Origin: an uncultured delta proteobacterium
Lineage (GTDB): Bacteria > Myxococcota > Myxococcia > Myxococcales > Myxococcaceae
Direction of reading: 5' to 3'
Assembly (NCBI GenBank): GCA_963796055.1
Contig: CAWCKH010000004.1
Coordinates: 3,040,001-3,104,000 of the forward strand
DNA length: 64,000 bases
Below the pieces are notes generated by a model. It was not told the DNA's origin and did not search any database. It worked only from the letters and a program-made list of their open reading frames with translations. Each line of letters starts with the position of its first letter. The stretch's first letter is position 1. The position numbers were made by a program, and so were the translations under genes. Shown in pieces: positions 13,057 to 22,964 of this stretch.

Positions 13057-14079
13057 CCTCGCCGCCTCAGTCGCCCGGTGTGACAGCTCGGCCTTCCCGT
13101 CCCGATTGCTCCACTCGGTCTGGAAGGCGAAGCCGTTCCGGCGGCCCCACACGCTCTTCAGCGCCGAATCCCCCTCCAGCTCCGCGTTGAGCACCGGGAT
13201 GTCGCCGATCTCGCCCTTGCCGCGCATCGGTCGCCCCAGCTCGTCGAGCACCGCCGACCCGTCGCGCCGGCGGACCGGTGTCGTGTCGTCGTACCAGCCG
13301 AGGTAGTGCGGATCTCCCGTCTCGATGGCGAGGCCGACGTCCGGGTCGGTCACCGCCTCGGTCACCTCGTGGCTCTCGGTCACGGTGATGTTGTCGATGG
13401 GCGCCCCGGTGAAGTCGATGCCGTTCACCTGCGAGCCGGTGCGCTGCGAATAGACCACCACCGCGTAGTAGACGGGGTGCCCGTCGCTGGCGGTCACGCT
13501 GCCGTGAAACCCGCCGAGGCCCGAGCGCGAGCTGGCCTCGCCGTCGTGAAGCGTGACCCCCGGCGGGAGCACCACGGTGAAGACCCGCTCGGGGTCCGAC
13601 GCGTCGAAGGCGCCCGAGCGCACCTGCGCCTGGACCAGCGCCTCGACGTCCTCCTTCGAGAAGTCCCGCCGCGACACGCCCCCCAGCACCTTCGACGGGG
13701 AGGTCGTCCCGGGCCCACCGCCGTACTCCCGCCAGATGCCCGTCTGCCCTGGGTCCTTCACCAGCGCGGCCATCGCCGCGTCGTTCCGCGCGCGGTCGCG
13801 CTTGCCCTGGAGCGTCTGCCAGTACGCGCCCACGTACACCGGGACCACGTCCGGGGAGCGAAGGACCTTCCCGCCGTGGAAGGTGAGGTGGCCGGTCTCG
13901 ACACTGGTGGCACCGGCACGCCCGGGCGAGGGCCTCGGCTGGAGGTCGTCGAATTCGATCCGATCCGGGTCCCCCGGCTCGAAGCGCCGACTGTGCGTCG
14001 ATGCGGACGCCTGCTCCTCGTGGTCCTGGACATGCGGATCGAATGGCGGCGCTGCGCCCGCGGACTGCACCCGGCTCAT
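12874..14079 (-). CDS. Hypothetical protein with Phi-1/EXORDIUM-like motifs
   Basis: LTFHGGKVL, GGFHG, SHEVTEAVTDP, GWYD, GEIGD, QTEWSN; true 3' end may be 13067 (see findings). Confidence 0.65.
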   Translation of the reverse strand: MSRVQSAGAAPPFDPHVQDHEEQASASTHSRRFEPGDPDRIEFDDLQPRPSPGRAGATSVETGHLTFHGGKVLRSPDVVPVYVGAYWQTLQGKRDRARNDAAMAALVKDPGQTGIWREYGGGPGTTSPSKVLGGVSRRDFSKEDVEALVQAQVRSGAFDASDPERVFTVVLPPGVTLHDGEASSRSGLGGFHGSVTASDGHPVYYAVVVYSQRTGSQVNGIDFTGAPIDNITVTESHEVTEAVTDPDVGLAIETGDPHYLGWYDDTTPVRRRDGSAVLDELGRPMRGKGEIGDIPVLNAELEGDSALKSVWGRRNGFAFQTEWSNRDGKAELSHRATEAARSASGDAGHPVRAPVLAPHPMVDDEQTAGVVLLLHRAEPGVVPPPECPLPLRLEVAGLEHV

Positions 14080-14246
14080 GTGAGGCTCCCCCCGTGCCGC
14101 GACCGTTCGTGGTCACGGCGTTCCGGAGGCCTCAGCAAGGACCGTGCGCAAGCGCTCTCCCGGGGGATGCCGCCGATCGCCGTCGAGGAGCGCGGACGAA
14201 CCGACCGCGGGGGTGGACGCCTGAGAGCTGGCCGGAGGCCGACTCC

Positions 14247-15257
14247 TCAGCTCCCGCTCTCCCCGGTCGAGGCGCCTGCGCCCACGACGTGACAGGCCAC
14301 AAGGGTCCCATTCCCGAGCGGCCGAAGCTCCGGCCGCTCCACCCGGCAGCGCGCCTCGGCCAGCGGGCACCGGGGATGGAACGCGCACCCGGATGGCGGG
14401 GCGAGCGCGCTGGGCACCTCGCCGGGAATCGCCGCCCGCCGCCGCCCGGGCCGGCCCACGTCGGGAATGGTCTCCAGCAGCGCCCGGGTGTACGGGTGCG
14501 CCGGCGCGCCGAACAGCACTGCCTTCGGCGCCCACTCCACCAGCCGGCCCAGGTACATCACCGCCACGCTGGTCGAGACGTGGGAGACCACCGCCAGGTC
14601 GTGGCTGATGAAGACCAGCGACAGGCCGAGCCGGGCCTGCGTCAACTTCAACAGATTCAGCACCTGCGCCTGGACCGAGACGTCCAGCGCCGAGGTCGGC
14701 TCGTCGCAGACCACCAGCTCCGGCTCGGCGCACAGCGCCCGGGCGATGGCCAGCCGCTGCCGCTGCCCGCCCGAGAACTGGTGCGGGTGCTTGTCGAGGT
14801 CGGCCTCCGAGAGCCCCACCTGCCCCAGGAGCTGGACCGCCCGCGCGCGCCGCTCCCCCACCGACAGCGTGCCGAGCACCGGTTCGGTGACGATGTCCCG
14901 GACCCGCCACCGGGGGTCCAGCGAGGCGTATGGGTCCTGGAACACCATCTGGATCCGCCGCTGGAACGCCCGCGGCCGCCGATGCGCGCCCCCGGCGAGC
15001 AGCTGGCCCCGGAGGCGGATCTCCCCGGCGGTCGGGACCTCGAGCCCGACCAGCAGTCGCCCGAGTGTCGTCTTCCCGCACCCGGACTCTCCCACCACCC
15101 CGAGCGTCTCGCCGCCCCGGAGCGTGACGCTCACCCCCTCGACCGCGCGCACCAGGGCCGGAGGCGCACCGGACAACCGGCCGAGCAGCGGCCGCGGCAC
15201 CACGAAGTGCTTGGTCAATCCCCGCAGCTCGAGGAACGGGGCCGCACCCTCAGCCAT
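14247..15257 (-). CDS. Oligopeptide/dipeptide ABC transporter ATP-binding protein (DppF/OppF-like)
   Basis: GESGCGKT, FSGGQRQR, CDEPTSALD, HPYTRALL, GCAFHPRCP. Confidence 0.95.
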   Translation of the reverse strand: MAEGAAPFLELRGLTKHFVVPRPLLGRLSGAPPALVRAVEGVSVTLRGGETLGVVGESGCGKTTLGRLLVGLEVPTAGEIRLRGQLLAGGAHRRPRAFQRRIQMVFQDPYASLDPRWRVRDIVTEPVLGTLSVGERRARAVQLLGQVGLSEADLDKHPHQFSGGQRQRLAIARALCAEPELVVCDEPTSALDVSVQAQVLNLLKLTQARLGLSLVFISHDLAVVSHVSTSVAVMYLGRLVEWAPKAVLFGAPAHPYTRALLETIPDVGRPGRRRAAIPGEVPSALAPPSGCAFHPRCPLAEARCRVERPELRPLGNGTLVACHVVGAGASTGESGS

Positions 15258-16233
15258 CGCTCCTCCTGGTCTCGAGCGGGTGCCAGCAGGCCAGCTCGGA
15301 GTCTCCGCCGCGCTCCAGTGGCGGTCGCTCGATGCGGCACCGGTCGGAGGCGCGCGGGCAGCGGGGGTGGAACGCGCACCCATCAGGCAGCTCGCCCGGC
15401 CGCGGCATCGTGCCGGGGATCGCCGGGAGCGCACCGTTCCCCTCGGCGCGGATCCGCGGCACCGCATCCAGGAGCGCCCGGGTGTAGGGGTGGCCCGGCT
15501 CCCGCAGCAGCCGGGCGACCGGCGCCCGCTCGACGATGCGCCCCGCGTACATCATGGCCACCTCGTTCGCCAGCTCGGCCACCACGCCCAGATCGTGCGT
15601 GATCAGGAGCACCGAGGTGCCATGCTCCTCGACCAGGCGCGCCAGGAGCGCGACGATCTGCGCCTGCGTCGACACGTCGAGCGCGGTGGTGCACTCGTCG
15701 GCCACCACCAGCGGCGGCTCGGCGCACAGCGCAAGCGCGATCGCCACCCGCTGCCGCATCCCTCCGGAGAGCTGGTGCGGATAGTGCTCGAAGCGCTCCG
15801 CCGGCGAGGGCAGCCCCACGTCGGCGAGGAGCTGGATGGCCCGCTCGCGCGCCGCGGGCCGGTCCAGTGGCAGATGCGCCCGGAGGGTCTCCACGAGCTG
15901 GTCGCCCACGCGGAACAGGGGGTCGAGGCTGGTGAACGGATCCTGCGGGACGAAGCCGACCTCCTTCCCCCGCAGCGGACGGACCGCATCCTCGTCCGCG
16001 AGGTTCACCTCCCGCCCACGCACGCCCAGGCGGCCGGCGGTGATTCTGACCGGCGCCGAGACGAGCCCGATCAGGGCCGCGGCGGTGAGGGACTTTCCGG
16101 CGCCTGACTCGCCGACCAGTCCGAGCACCCGGGCGGGCTCGATCCGCAGCGACAGGTCCTGGACCAGCGGGACGGGGCCGTCCGGCCTGGCCAGCTGGAT
16201 CTGCAGCCCCTCGAGTGTGATGCCCCCGCTCAC
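15250..16233 (-). CDS. Oligopeptide/dipeptide ABC transporter ATP-binding protein (DppD/OppD-like)
   Basis: GESGAGKS, LSGGMRQR, ADECTTALD; GTG 16233 overlaps the upstream stop. Confidence 0.94.
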   Translation of the reverse strand: MSGGITLEGLQIQLARPDGPVPLVQDLSLRIEPARVLGLVGESGAGKSLTAAALIGLVSAPVRITAGRLGVRGREVNLADEDAVRPLRGKEVGFVPQDPFTSLDPLFRVGDQLVETLRAHLPLDRPAARERAIQLLADVGLPSPAERFEHYPHQLSGGMRQRVAIALALCAEPPLVVADECTTALDVSTQAQIVALLARLVEEHGTSVLLITHDLGVVAELANEVAMMYAGRIVERAPVARLLREPGHPYTRALLDAVPRIRAEGNGALPAIPGTMPRPGELPDGCAFHPRCPRASDRCRIERPPLERGGDSELACWHPLETRRSDG

Positions 16234-17120
16234 GAGACGGCGCCCCGCTGCTTCGGGTCCAGCCCGTCCCGGAGCCCGTCGCCGGCGACGTTGACCGCCA
16301 GCACCAGCCCGGCGAGCGCCAGGCCCGGGAACACCACCATCCACCACGCTCCGGATGGAAGGTAGGCGCTGCCGTTGCGAACCAGCGTCCCCAGCGAGGG
16401 CGAGGTCGGTGGGATGCCCACGCCGAGAAACGACAGGGTGGCCTCGGTGAGGATGGCGTTCCCCAGCCCGACGGTGGCGATCACCACGATCGGGCCCATC
16501 ACGTTGGGCAGCACATGCGAGAGGAGAATTGCCCACCCGGGCCGGGCCATGACCTGTGCCGCCTGCACGTAGCCCTTCTCTCGCTCGACCAGCGTGCCCA
16601 CCCGCGCCGCGCGGGCGAAGGGCACCCACTGGGCGAGGGCGATGGCGCCGATCACCACCGGGACGCCGAGGGTCTCGTGCGCCGAACGGGGGAGCACGCT
16701 CCGCGCCACGCCATCGAGCAGCATCGCGACCAGGATCGCCGGGAAGGTGAGCTGCGCGTCGGCTGCCCGCATCAGGAGCGCATCGAGCCAGCCCCCGCGG
16801 TACCCGCTGACCAGGCCCGCGGCGAGCCCGAGCAGCATGGCCAGGGCCACCGCGGCGAAGCCGACCCCCATGGAGAGTCGCAGGCCGAAGAGGACCCCGG
16901 AGAGGACGTCCCGACCCTGCTCGTCGGTCCCGAGCAGGAACGCGCGGCTGCCCTCCGGCTGCCAGGCCGGCGGGAGTGAGGCGTTCATGAGGTCCAGCGT
17001 CCGCAGATCCGAGACCGGCTGCGGCGCGACCCAGCGCGCTCCGGCGGCGAGGAGCACGTAGCCGGCGATCACCGCCAGCGCGATGCGCGTCCCCCGCCGT
17101 GTGCCTGCCAGCAGGTGCAT
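16230..17120 (-). CDS. Dipeptide ABC transporter permease (DppC-like)
   Basis: LLGTDEQGRDVLS, HVLPN, EATLSFLGVG. Confidence 0.95.
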   Translation of the reverse strand: MHLLAGTRRGTRIALAVIAGYVLLAAGARWVAPQPVSDLRTLDLMNASLPPAWQPEGSRAFLLGTDEQGRDVLSGVLFGLRLSMGVGFAAVALAMLLGLAAGLVSGYRGGWLDALLMRAADAQLTFPAILVAMLLDGVARSVLPRSAHETLGVPVVIGAIALAQWVPFARAARVGTLVEREKGYVQAAQVMARPGWAILLSHVLPNVMGPIVVIATVGLGNAILTEATLSFLGVGIPPTSPSLGTLVRNGSAYLPSGAWWMVVFPGLALAGLVLAVNVAGDGLRDGLDPKQRGAVS

Positions 17121-17133
17121 CCGCCGGCGCTCC

Positions 17134-18111
17134 TTACGCTCCGCCCATCGTCGACCGGACGCGCGGGTCCAGCACCCGGTAGCTCAGGTCGACCACCAGG
17201 TTGATGAGGACGAAGGCCACCGCCGCCAGAAGCAGGTAGCTGGAGATGACCGGCACGTCGACGAACTGCACGGCCTGCAGGAACAGCAAACCCATCCCGG
17301 GCCACTGGAACACCGTCTCGGTCACCACCGAGAAGGCCAGGAGGTTCCCCAGCTGCAAGGCGGCCACGGTGATCACCGGGAGCAGTGCGTTCCGGAGCCC
17401 GTGCCGGAAGTGGATCGACCGCTCGGGCAGCCCCCGCGCCCGGGCGAAGCGGACGTGGTCGGAGTGGAGCACGTCCAGGAGCTCTCCCCGGACCAGCCGG
17501 AGCAGCAGCGCCAGCGAGTAGAGGGCCAGGGTGATGGACGGGAGGAGTACCGAGCGCAGCCCGCTCGCGGTCAACAGGCCCGTGGTCCAGGGCCCGACCG
17601 ACACCACCTGGCCCCGTCCGGACGAGGGGAGCCACTGCAGCTGGACGGCAAAGAGGAAGATCAAGAGAAGGCCGATCAGGAACGTGGGGACCGAGAGCCC
17701 CGCCAGCGAGCCCCCGAGGATGACCTTGCTCAGCACGGAGCCACGCCGGAGCGCGGTGTAGATCCCCATCGGCACCCCGAGCAGGAGCGTGAGCAGCATC
17801 GCCACCCCGGACAGCTCCACGCTCGCCGGGAGCCGCTCGGCGAGGAGCTCTCCCACCGGGATGCCCAACCGATAGGAAACGCCGAGCTGTCCGCGGGTGA
17901 CACGCCCCAGGTACCGCCCGTACTGCACCACGAAGGGCCGGTCGAGCCCCAGCTGCTGGCGCATCGCCTCCCGCTCCTCGCTGGTGGCGTTCTGCCCGAG
18001 CATGTTGTTCACCGGGTCGCCGAGCTTGGTGGAGACCGCGAACGCCAGCAGGCCCACCACCAGCATCACGCCCAGCCCTTGAAGGAGGCGGGTGAGGATC
18101 CCGGCGATCAC
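17134..18111 (-). CDS. Dipeptide ABC transporter permease (DppB-like)
   Basis: LGLDRP, FARARGL, HGLRNALLP, ETVFQWPGMG. Confidence 0.95.
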   Translation of the reverse strand: MIAGILTRLLQGLGVMLVVGLLAFAVSTKLGDPVNNMLGQNATSEEREAMRQQLGLDRPFVVQYGRYLGRVTRGQLGVSYRLGIPVGELLAERLPASVELSGVAMLLTLLLGVPMGIYTALRRGSVLSKVILGGSLAGLSVPTFLIGLLLIFLFAVQLQWLPSSGRGQVVSVGPWTTGLLTASGLRSVLLPSITLALYSLALLLRLVRGELLDVLHSDHVRFARARGLPERSIHFRHGLRNALLPVITVAALQLGNLLAFSVVTETVFQWPGMGLLFLQAVQFVDVPVISSYLLLAAVAFVLINLVVDLSYRVLDPRVRSTMGGA

Positions 18112-19688
18112 TGGCGCATCTTCACGAAGCGGAGCTGCACCCGGTCGCGCGGATCGGGGACCACCTCCACGGCATCGCGCGCTCCCCAGATCACCAGCTG
18201 CTCGTGGAGCGGGAGGTGGCCAAAGTCCTCCTTGTGGATCCGCAGCGCCTCGGAGATCAGCTTCCTCCGCTTCTCGGGGTCCATCTCCACGCGGATCTGG
18301 GTCACCAGCTCCTCGACCCTGGGATTGGTGTACCGGCCACCGTTCCAGGCGCCGCTACCCTCGAGCTTCATGGTCATGACCGGAAGCAGGGTGGCCATGG
18401 CGTCCGCGGTCTCGGGGCTGAACCCGAGCAGGAAGAAGCTGGTGTTGTTGTTCGACTTCTTGAGGATCTTGTCGAAGTGCTTCGACTTGGTCTGGGCGTT
18501 CAGGGTGACCTTGACGCCCACCCGGGCGAGCATCGGTACCAGCGACTGGCAGATCGCCTCGTCGTTGATGTAGCGGTCGTTGGGGCAATCGAGCGTCACC
18601 GGGAATCCGTCGGGGTAGCCAGCCTCGGCGAGCAGCTTCCGCGAGGCCGCCGGATCGTACGGGTAGCGCTCGCGCAGCTTGGGGTCGTACCCCTCGGTCC
18701 CCTCGGGGATGATCAGCCCGGTGGGCGCAGCCATGCCCCGCATCACCTTTGCGCGGATCGCCTCCTCGTCGATGGCCTGGTACACCGCGCGCCGCACGCG
18801 GACGTCCCGGAAGGGGTTCTTCTTCGAGCCCGGCATGTCCAGCGACTCGTCCCGCCACTGGTCCATGCCCAAAAAGACGACCCGGAGCTCGGGCCGCTTG
18901 ATGATCCGGAACCCCTTCTGGTTCTCGACCCGCGCCACGTCCTGCGGCGCCACCGGGTAGGCCAGGTCGACCTCGCCGGAGATGAGCGCCGCCAGCCGGG
19001 TGGCGGCGTTGGCGATCGGGCGAAACTCGGCCCGGGTGATGGCGTACTTCCTGTTCGAGAGGTCCCACCATTTGGGGAAGGGGACCAGCACGGTGCGGGT
19101 GTCGGGGACGCGCTCCACGACCTGGAAGGGACCGGTGCCGTTCTCGTGGCGGGTGGCGTAGGTCTCCTCGCTCAGGCCGGCCACCGGCTCGGTGGTGGCG
19201 TGCTGCTCCGACCACTTCTTCGACATGATGAAGTGCTCGGTGAGGTTCCGGAGCAGGATGGGATCCGGGCCGTCGGTGACGTACTCGATGGTGTAGTCGT
19301 CGATCTTCCGCACGCTCTTGATCGACGAGACGTGCGAGGCCATCACCGAGTTCTTCGAGTGCTGCCGACCGTAGGAGAAGACCACGTCGTCGGCGGTGAA
19401 CGGCGTGCCATCGTGGAAGGTCACCCCCTTGCGCAGCCGGAAGCGCCAGGTCGTCGGGTTCACCGCCATCCAGCTCACCGCCAGGGCCGGCTCGGGCTCG
19501 AGCTTCTCGTTGAACCGGACCAGCCCCTCGTAAAGGTTGTTCTTGAACGAGTTGGAGAGCGCCTCGTCCGCCGAGTGGGGATCCAAAGTCAGGAGATCTC
19601 CGGTCGAGGCATAGCGGAAGGTCTGAGCCTTCCCCGAGCCGACCACCAGCAGCGCCCCGAGCAGAGCCGCACACCGCGTCGCGCGCAT
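18108..19688 (-). CDS. ABC transporter substrate-binding protein, family 5 (DppA-like)
   Basis: Signal peptide; TLDPH, LRKGVTFHDGTPFTADDVVFS, GTGPF, LLAEAGYPDG. Confidence 0.95.
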   Translation of the reverse strand: MRATRCAALLGALLVVGSGKAQTFRYASTGDLLTLDPHSADEALSNSFKNNLYEGLVRFNEKLEPEPALAVSWMAVNPTTWRFRLRKGVTFHDGTPFTADDVVFSYGRQHSKNSVMASHVSSIKSVRKIDDYTIEYVTDGPDPILLRNLTEHFIMSKKWSEQHATTEPVAGLSEETYATRHENGTGPFQVVERVPDTRTVLVPFPKWWDLSNRKYAITRAEFRPIANAATRLAALISGEVDLAYPVAPQDVARVENQKGFRIIKRPELRVVFLGMDQWRDESLDMPGSKKNPFRDVRVRRAVYQAIDEEAIRAKVMRGMAAPTGLIIPEGTEGYDPKLRERYPYDPAASRKLLAEAGYPDGFPVTLDCPNDRYINDEAICQSLVPMLARVGVKVTLNAQTKSKHFDKILKKSNNNTSFFLLGFSPETADAMATLLPVMTMKLEGSGAWNGGRYTNPRVEELVTQIRVEMDPEKRRKLISEALRIHKEDFGHLPLHEQLVIWGARDAVEVVPDPRDRVQLRFVKMRQ

Positions 19689-19794
19689 CCGTCCCCTCCG
19701 CAGCTCCGGCAGCGGTCGGCTGCCGGGGAGGCGGCAGGCTAGCGCAGGACGGAGACGAATCGGAGAAGGACCTGGTCGGGCGGATCCGGACCGC

Positions 19795-20448
19795 TCAGCG
19801 GGAGGCCAGCGGGGTGCGACGCACGAACACGTAGGGCACGGCGTCGTTGCCCCATCTCTGCGCCCCGGTGGGGTCGAATCCCCGTTCCCAGAAGCGCAGG
19901 CCCACGTCGTCGAGCATCACCTCGCTGGTGGCGTAGGTCGCGCCTCCCTGCGTGCTGGGACACCCCCGGCCACTGGTGGCGCCGCGAAGGACCCTCCCCT
20001 CGGCGCGCAGCGCGACCGCACAGCCCACCCGCTCCACCAGCTCGTCCCGGGCGAAGCGCGGCGGCGTGCTCCGGCCACAGGCGCCGACCGCAGAGCGCGG
20101 GTTCTCGAGCTCGAACACCCGCGACACGGCCGCGGACTCGATCGGCTCTCCCGGCTCGAGGGCGTACACCCGCTGGCGGATGGGGGCGGCGAGCGCGTCG
20201 AGCCGGGCCTGCTCGACATAGAGCACCCGAGGGCCGAGCGCCGGCACGTCCGCCGGACAGGCCACGAGCTGCATGGCCTGGTACCCCGGCGAGCTGCGCG
20301 CCTGATCCGCCGAATCGAATCGTCCCTCGAGGAGGCGATAGGTGACGTCCGCCGCCCCGGCGGGGGCCGCCCGGGAAGGAGCGACGGTGGTGGGTGACGA
20401 GGTCGCGCAGCCGAGCCCGAGCAGGGCCACGGCGCAGGCCCTCTTCAA
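19795..20448 (-). CDS. CpcT/CpeT family chromophore-lyase-like lipoprotein
   Basis: LEGRFDSADQA, LYVEQA, PIRQRVY, GATYATSEV, WERGFDPTGAQRWG match T-type bilin lyase motifs; TTG 20448 gives MKRACAVALLGLG/C lipobox. Confidence 0.8.
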   Translation of the reverse strand: MKRACAVALLGLGCATSSPTTVAPSRAAPAGAADVTYRLLEGRFDSADQARSSPGYQAMQLVACPADVPALGPRVLYVEQARLDALAAPIRQRVYALEPGEPIESAAVSRVFELENPRSAVGACGRSTPPRFARDELVERVGCAVALRAEGRVLRGATSGRGCPSTQGGATYATSEVMLDDVGLRFWERGFDPTGAQRWGNDAVPYVFVRRTPLASR

Positions 20449-20554
20449 CCGAGGTCGTGGAGATCGCTGGACGAGGCGCAGGCCCTCGAGGTTAACACCC
20501 GCGTTGGAGTGGACGCGGTCGCACACCGGCTCCGGATCGGCGCTCGTCTCGCAC

Positions 20555-21142
<588 letters not shown>

Positions 21143-21151
21143 GGTCGTCTC

Positions 21152-21529
21152 TTAACTCTCCCAGTCCAGCGCGCCCTTCTTCCACACGTAAGCCAGTCCG
21201 ATGACCAGGGTGACGGCGAAGACCAGCATCTCCATGTACCCGAACCAGCCGAGCGCCTTGAAGTTCACCGCCCAGGGGTAGAGGAACACCGTCTCCACGT
21301 CGAAGACGATGAAGAGCAGGGCGACCACGTAGAACTTCACCGCGAAGCGCTGGCGCGCGGTGCCGGGCGAGGGCTCGCTCCCCGCCTCGAAGATGGTCGA
21401 CTTCACGACCGAGGGGCGATGGGGGCCGAGGAGGGCCGACATGAAGCTGACCACGGCACCCATGCCTCCGGCGATGAGCAGCACCGCGAGCAACGGTCCG
21501 TAGGGGGCGAGGGCTGCGTCGGGGGTCAT
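21152..21529 (-). CDS. nuoA: NADH-quinone oxidoreductase subunit A
   Basis: KFYVVALLFIVFDVETVFLYPWA, YVWKKGALDW. Confidence 0.96.
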   Translation of the reverse strand: MTPDAALAPYGPLLAVLLIAGGMGAVVSFMSALLGPHRPSVVKSTIFEAGSEPSPGTARQRFAVKFYVVALLFIVFDVETVFLYPWAVNFKALGWFGYMEMLVFAVTLVIGLAYVWKKGALDWES

Positions 21530-21567
21530 CGGGGCGGGCGCATACAACGACGGGGCATCGCGGGGTG

Positions 21568-22392
21568 TCAACGCCGGGAAGCAGCCCGGGCCTCCAGTCG
21601 TGCGAAGTGTGAGGGGTCGAGCGACACCATCCCGAGCCGCCGGTCCGGGGTCACCCGCGGTCCGTGGTAGTCGCTCCCGGCGGTGGGCACCAGGCCGAGG
21701 GCGTCCGCCTGGCGGAGGAACGCCTCGCGCTGGCTGGGCACGTGGTCCGGGTGGAAGATCTCCAGCCCGTCCAGGCCCGCCTTCGCCAGTCGCTCCAGGG
21801 TGAAGCTCGAGACCTTGCTCGAGCCCGGGTGGGCGATGGTGGCGGTTCCGCCCGCCCCATGGAGCATGGCGATGGCCTCCTCGGCCGGGAGCCGGAAGCG
21901 GTCCACGTACGCGGGCTTGCCGTCGCCGAGGAAACGGTCGAACGCCTCTCGGATCGACGTCACGTACCCGCGGGTGAGCAGCGCCAGGGCGAGGTGGGGG
22001 CGTCCGAGGTGCGCTCCCGCGGCGATGCGCTCCACCTCCTCGAACGTGATCGGGAAACCCAGGGCGTTCATCCGCTCCACCATCCGCCCCATGCGCTCGG
22101 CGCGCTCGTCACGGAGCCGGTCAGAGAAGCTGGCTAGCCCCGGCTCCACCGGGTTCACGAAGTGGCCGAGGACGTGGACTTCCCGGCCCTCCGCCTCCGT
22201 GGAAACCTCGATTCCCGGCACCAGCCGGATTCCCTGCACCTCCGCCGCCGCCTGAGCCCGGGCGAGGCCCTTCACCGTGTCGTGGTCGGTCACCGCCAGG
22301 GTCGTCACCCCCGCCGCCCGTGCCCGGGCGAGCAGGTCCTCCGGCGAGTGCTCTCCGTCGCTGGCCGTGGTGTGCGAATGCAGGTCAATCAT
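21568..22392 (-). CDS. PHP domain phosphoesterase (TrpH/YciV-like)
   Basis: IDLHSHTTASDG, TDHD, GIEVS, HVLG, GRPH, AHP, GSDYHG. Confidence 0.93.
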   Translation of the reverse strand: MIDLHSHTTASDGEHSPEDLLARARAAGVTTLAVTDHDTVKGLARAQAAAEVQGIRLVPGIEVSTEAEGREVHVLGHFVNPVEPGLASFSDRLRDERAERMGRMVERMNALGFPITFEEVERIAAGAHLGRPHLALALLTRGYVTSIREAFDRFLGDGKPAYVDRFRLPAEEAIAMLHGAGGTATIAHPGSSKVSSFTLERLAKAGLDGLEIFHPDHVPSQREAFLRQADALGLVPTAGSDYHGPRVTPDRRLGMVSLDPSHFARLEARAASRR

Positions 22393-22411
22393 CAGGGGAC
22401 AGCCCATTGCG

Positions 22412-22440
22412 TTGAAATGTGGACCGGCGAGGCCTATAAT
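22412..22440 (+). promoter_or_regulatory. Near-consensus sigma70 promoter of the Rrf2 gene
   Basis: TTGAAA (22412-22417), 17 nt, TATAAT (22435-22440); 39 nt before the ATG. Confidence 0.8.
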
Positions 22441-22447
22441 CTCTCAA

Positions 22448-22467
22448 CCGCTCGAAATCTCAAGCGG
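22448..22467. promoter_or_regulatory. Imperfect 20-bp palindrome, candidate operator or 5' hairpin
   Basis: CCGCTCGAAATCTCAAGCGG, 16/20 self-complementary, just downstream of the -10 box. Confidence 0.45.
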
Positions 22468-22479
22468 ATTCCGCCCCCC

Positions 22480-22953
22480 ATGCAGCACCCCCTCCAGATC
22501 TCCCGGCGCATCGAGTATGGCCTCCGGGCCATGGTGTGCCTGGCTGCCCAGCCGGAGGGCAGGGTGATGCCCTTTCGCGAGATCGCCCGGCGGATGAATG
22601 TCCCCCAGGACTTCCTGGCCAAGATCCTCAAGCAGCTCGTCACCCGCCAGCTGGCGGTGAGCACCCGGGGCGCCCGCGGTGGGTACCGCCTCGGCCGTCC
22701 GGCGCGGGAGATCTCCTTCCTCGAGGTCATCGAGGCGGTCGAGGGGCCGGTGGTGGTGAACCTCTGCCAGGACGGACACGACGCGTGCCGCCTGTCGCGC
22801 GGCTGCACGCTCTACGGCGTCTGGAAGCGCGGGCAGGAGCGGATGCTCGACGTGTACCGCACCGCCACCCTGGACCAGCTGGCCATGGCCGAGCTGAAGC
22901 CCGGGGACCTGACGGTGGTGCCCACACCCCCGGCCGCGGCGGCGGGGGCGTAG
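22480..22953 (+). CDS. Rrf2 family transcriptional regulator with three C-terminal Cys (IscR/NsrR-like)
   Basis: YGLRAM, STRGARGGYRL, ISFLEVIEAVEG, CQDGHDAC..C. Confidence 0.93.
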   Translation: MQHPLQISRRIEYGLRAMVCLAAQPEGRVMPFREIARRMNVPQDFLAKILKQLVTRQLAVSTRGARGGYRLGRPAREISFLEVIEAVEGPVVVNLCQDGHDACRLSRGCTLYGVWKRGQERMLDVYRTATLDQLAMAELKPGDLTVVPTPPAAAAGA

Positions 22954-22964
22954 GGAGCGCTTCG

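Noticed and set aside
19746..19772. Third copy of the ECF43-like motif upstream of dppA (minus strand GGTCCTT..CGTCTCCGTCCT)
   Set aside because: Only TCCGTCCT matches; the upstream block differs and the spacing is 2 nt shorter
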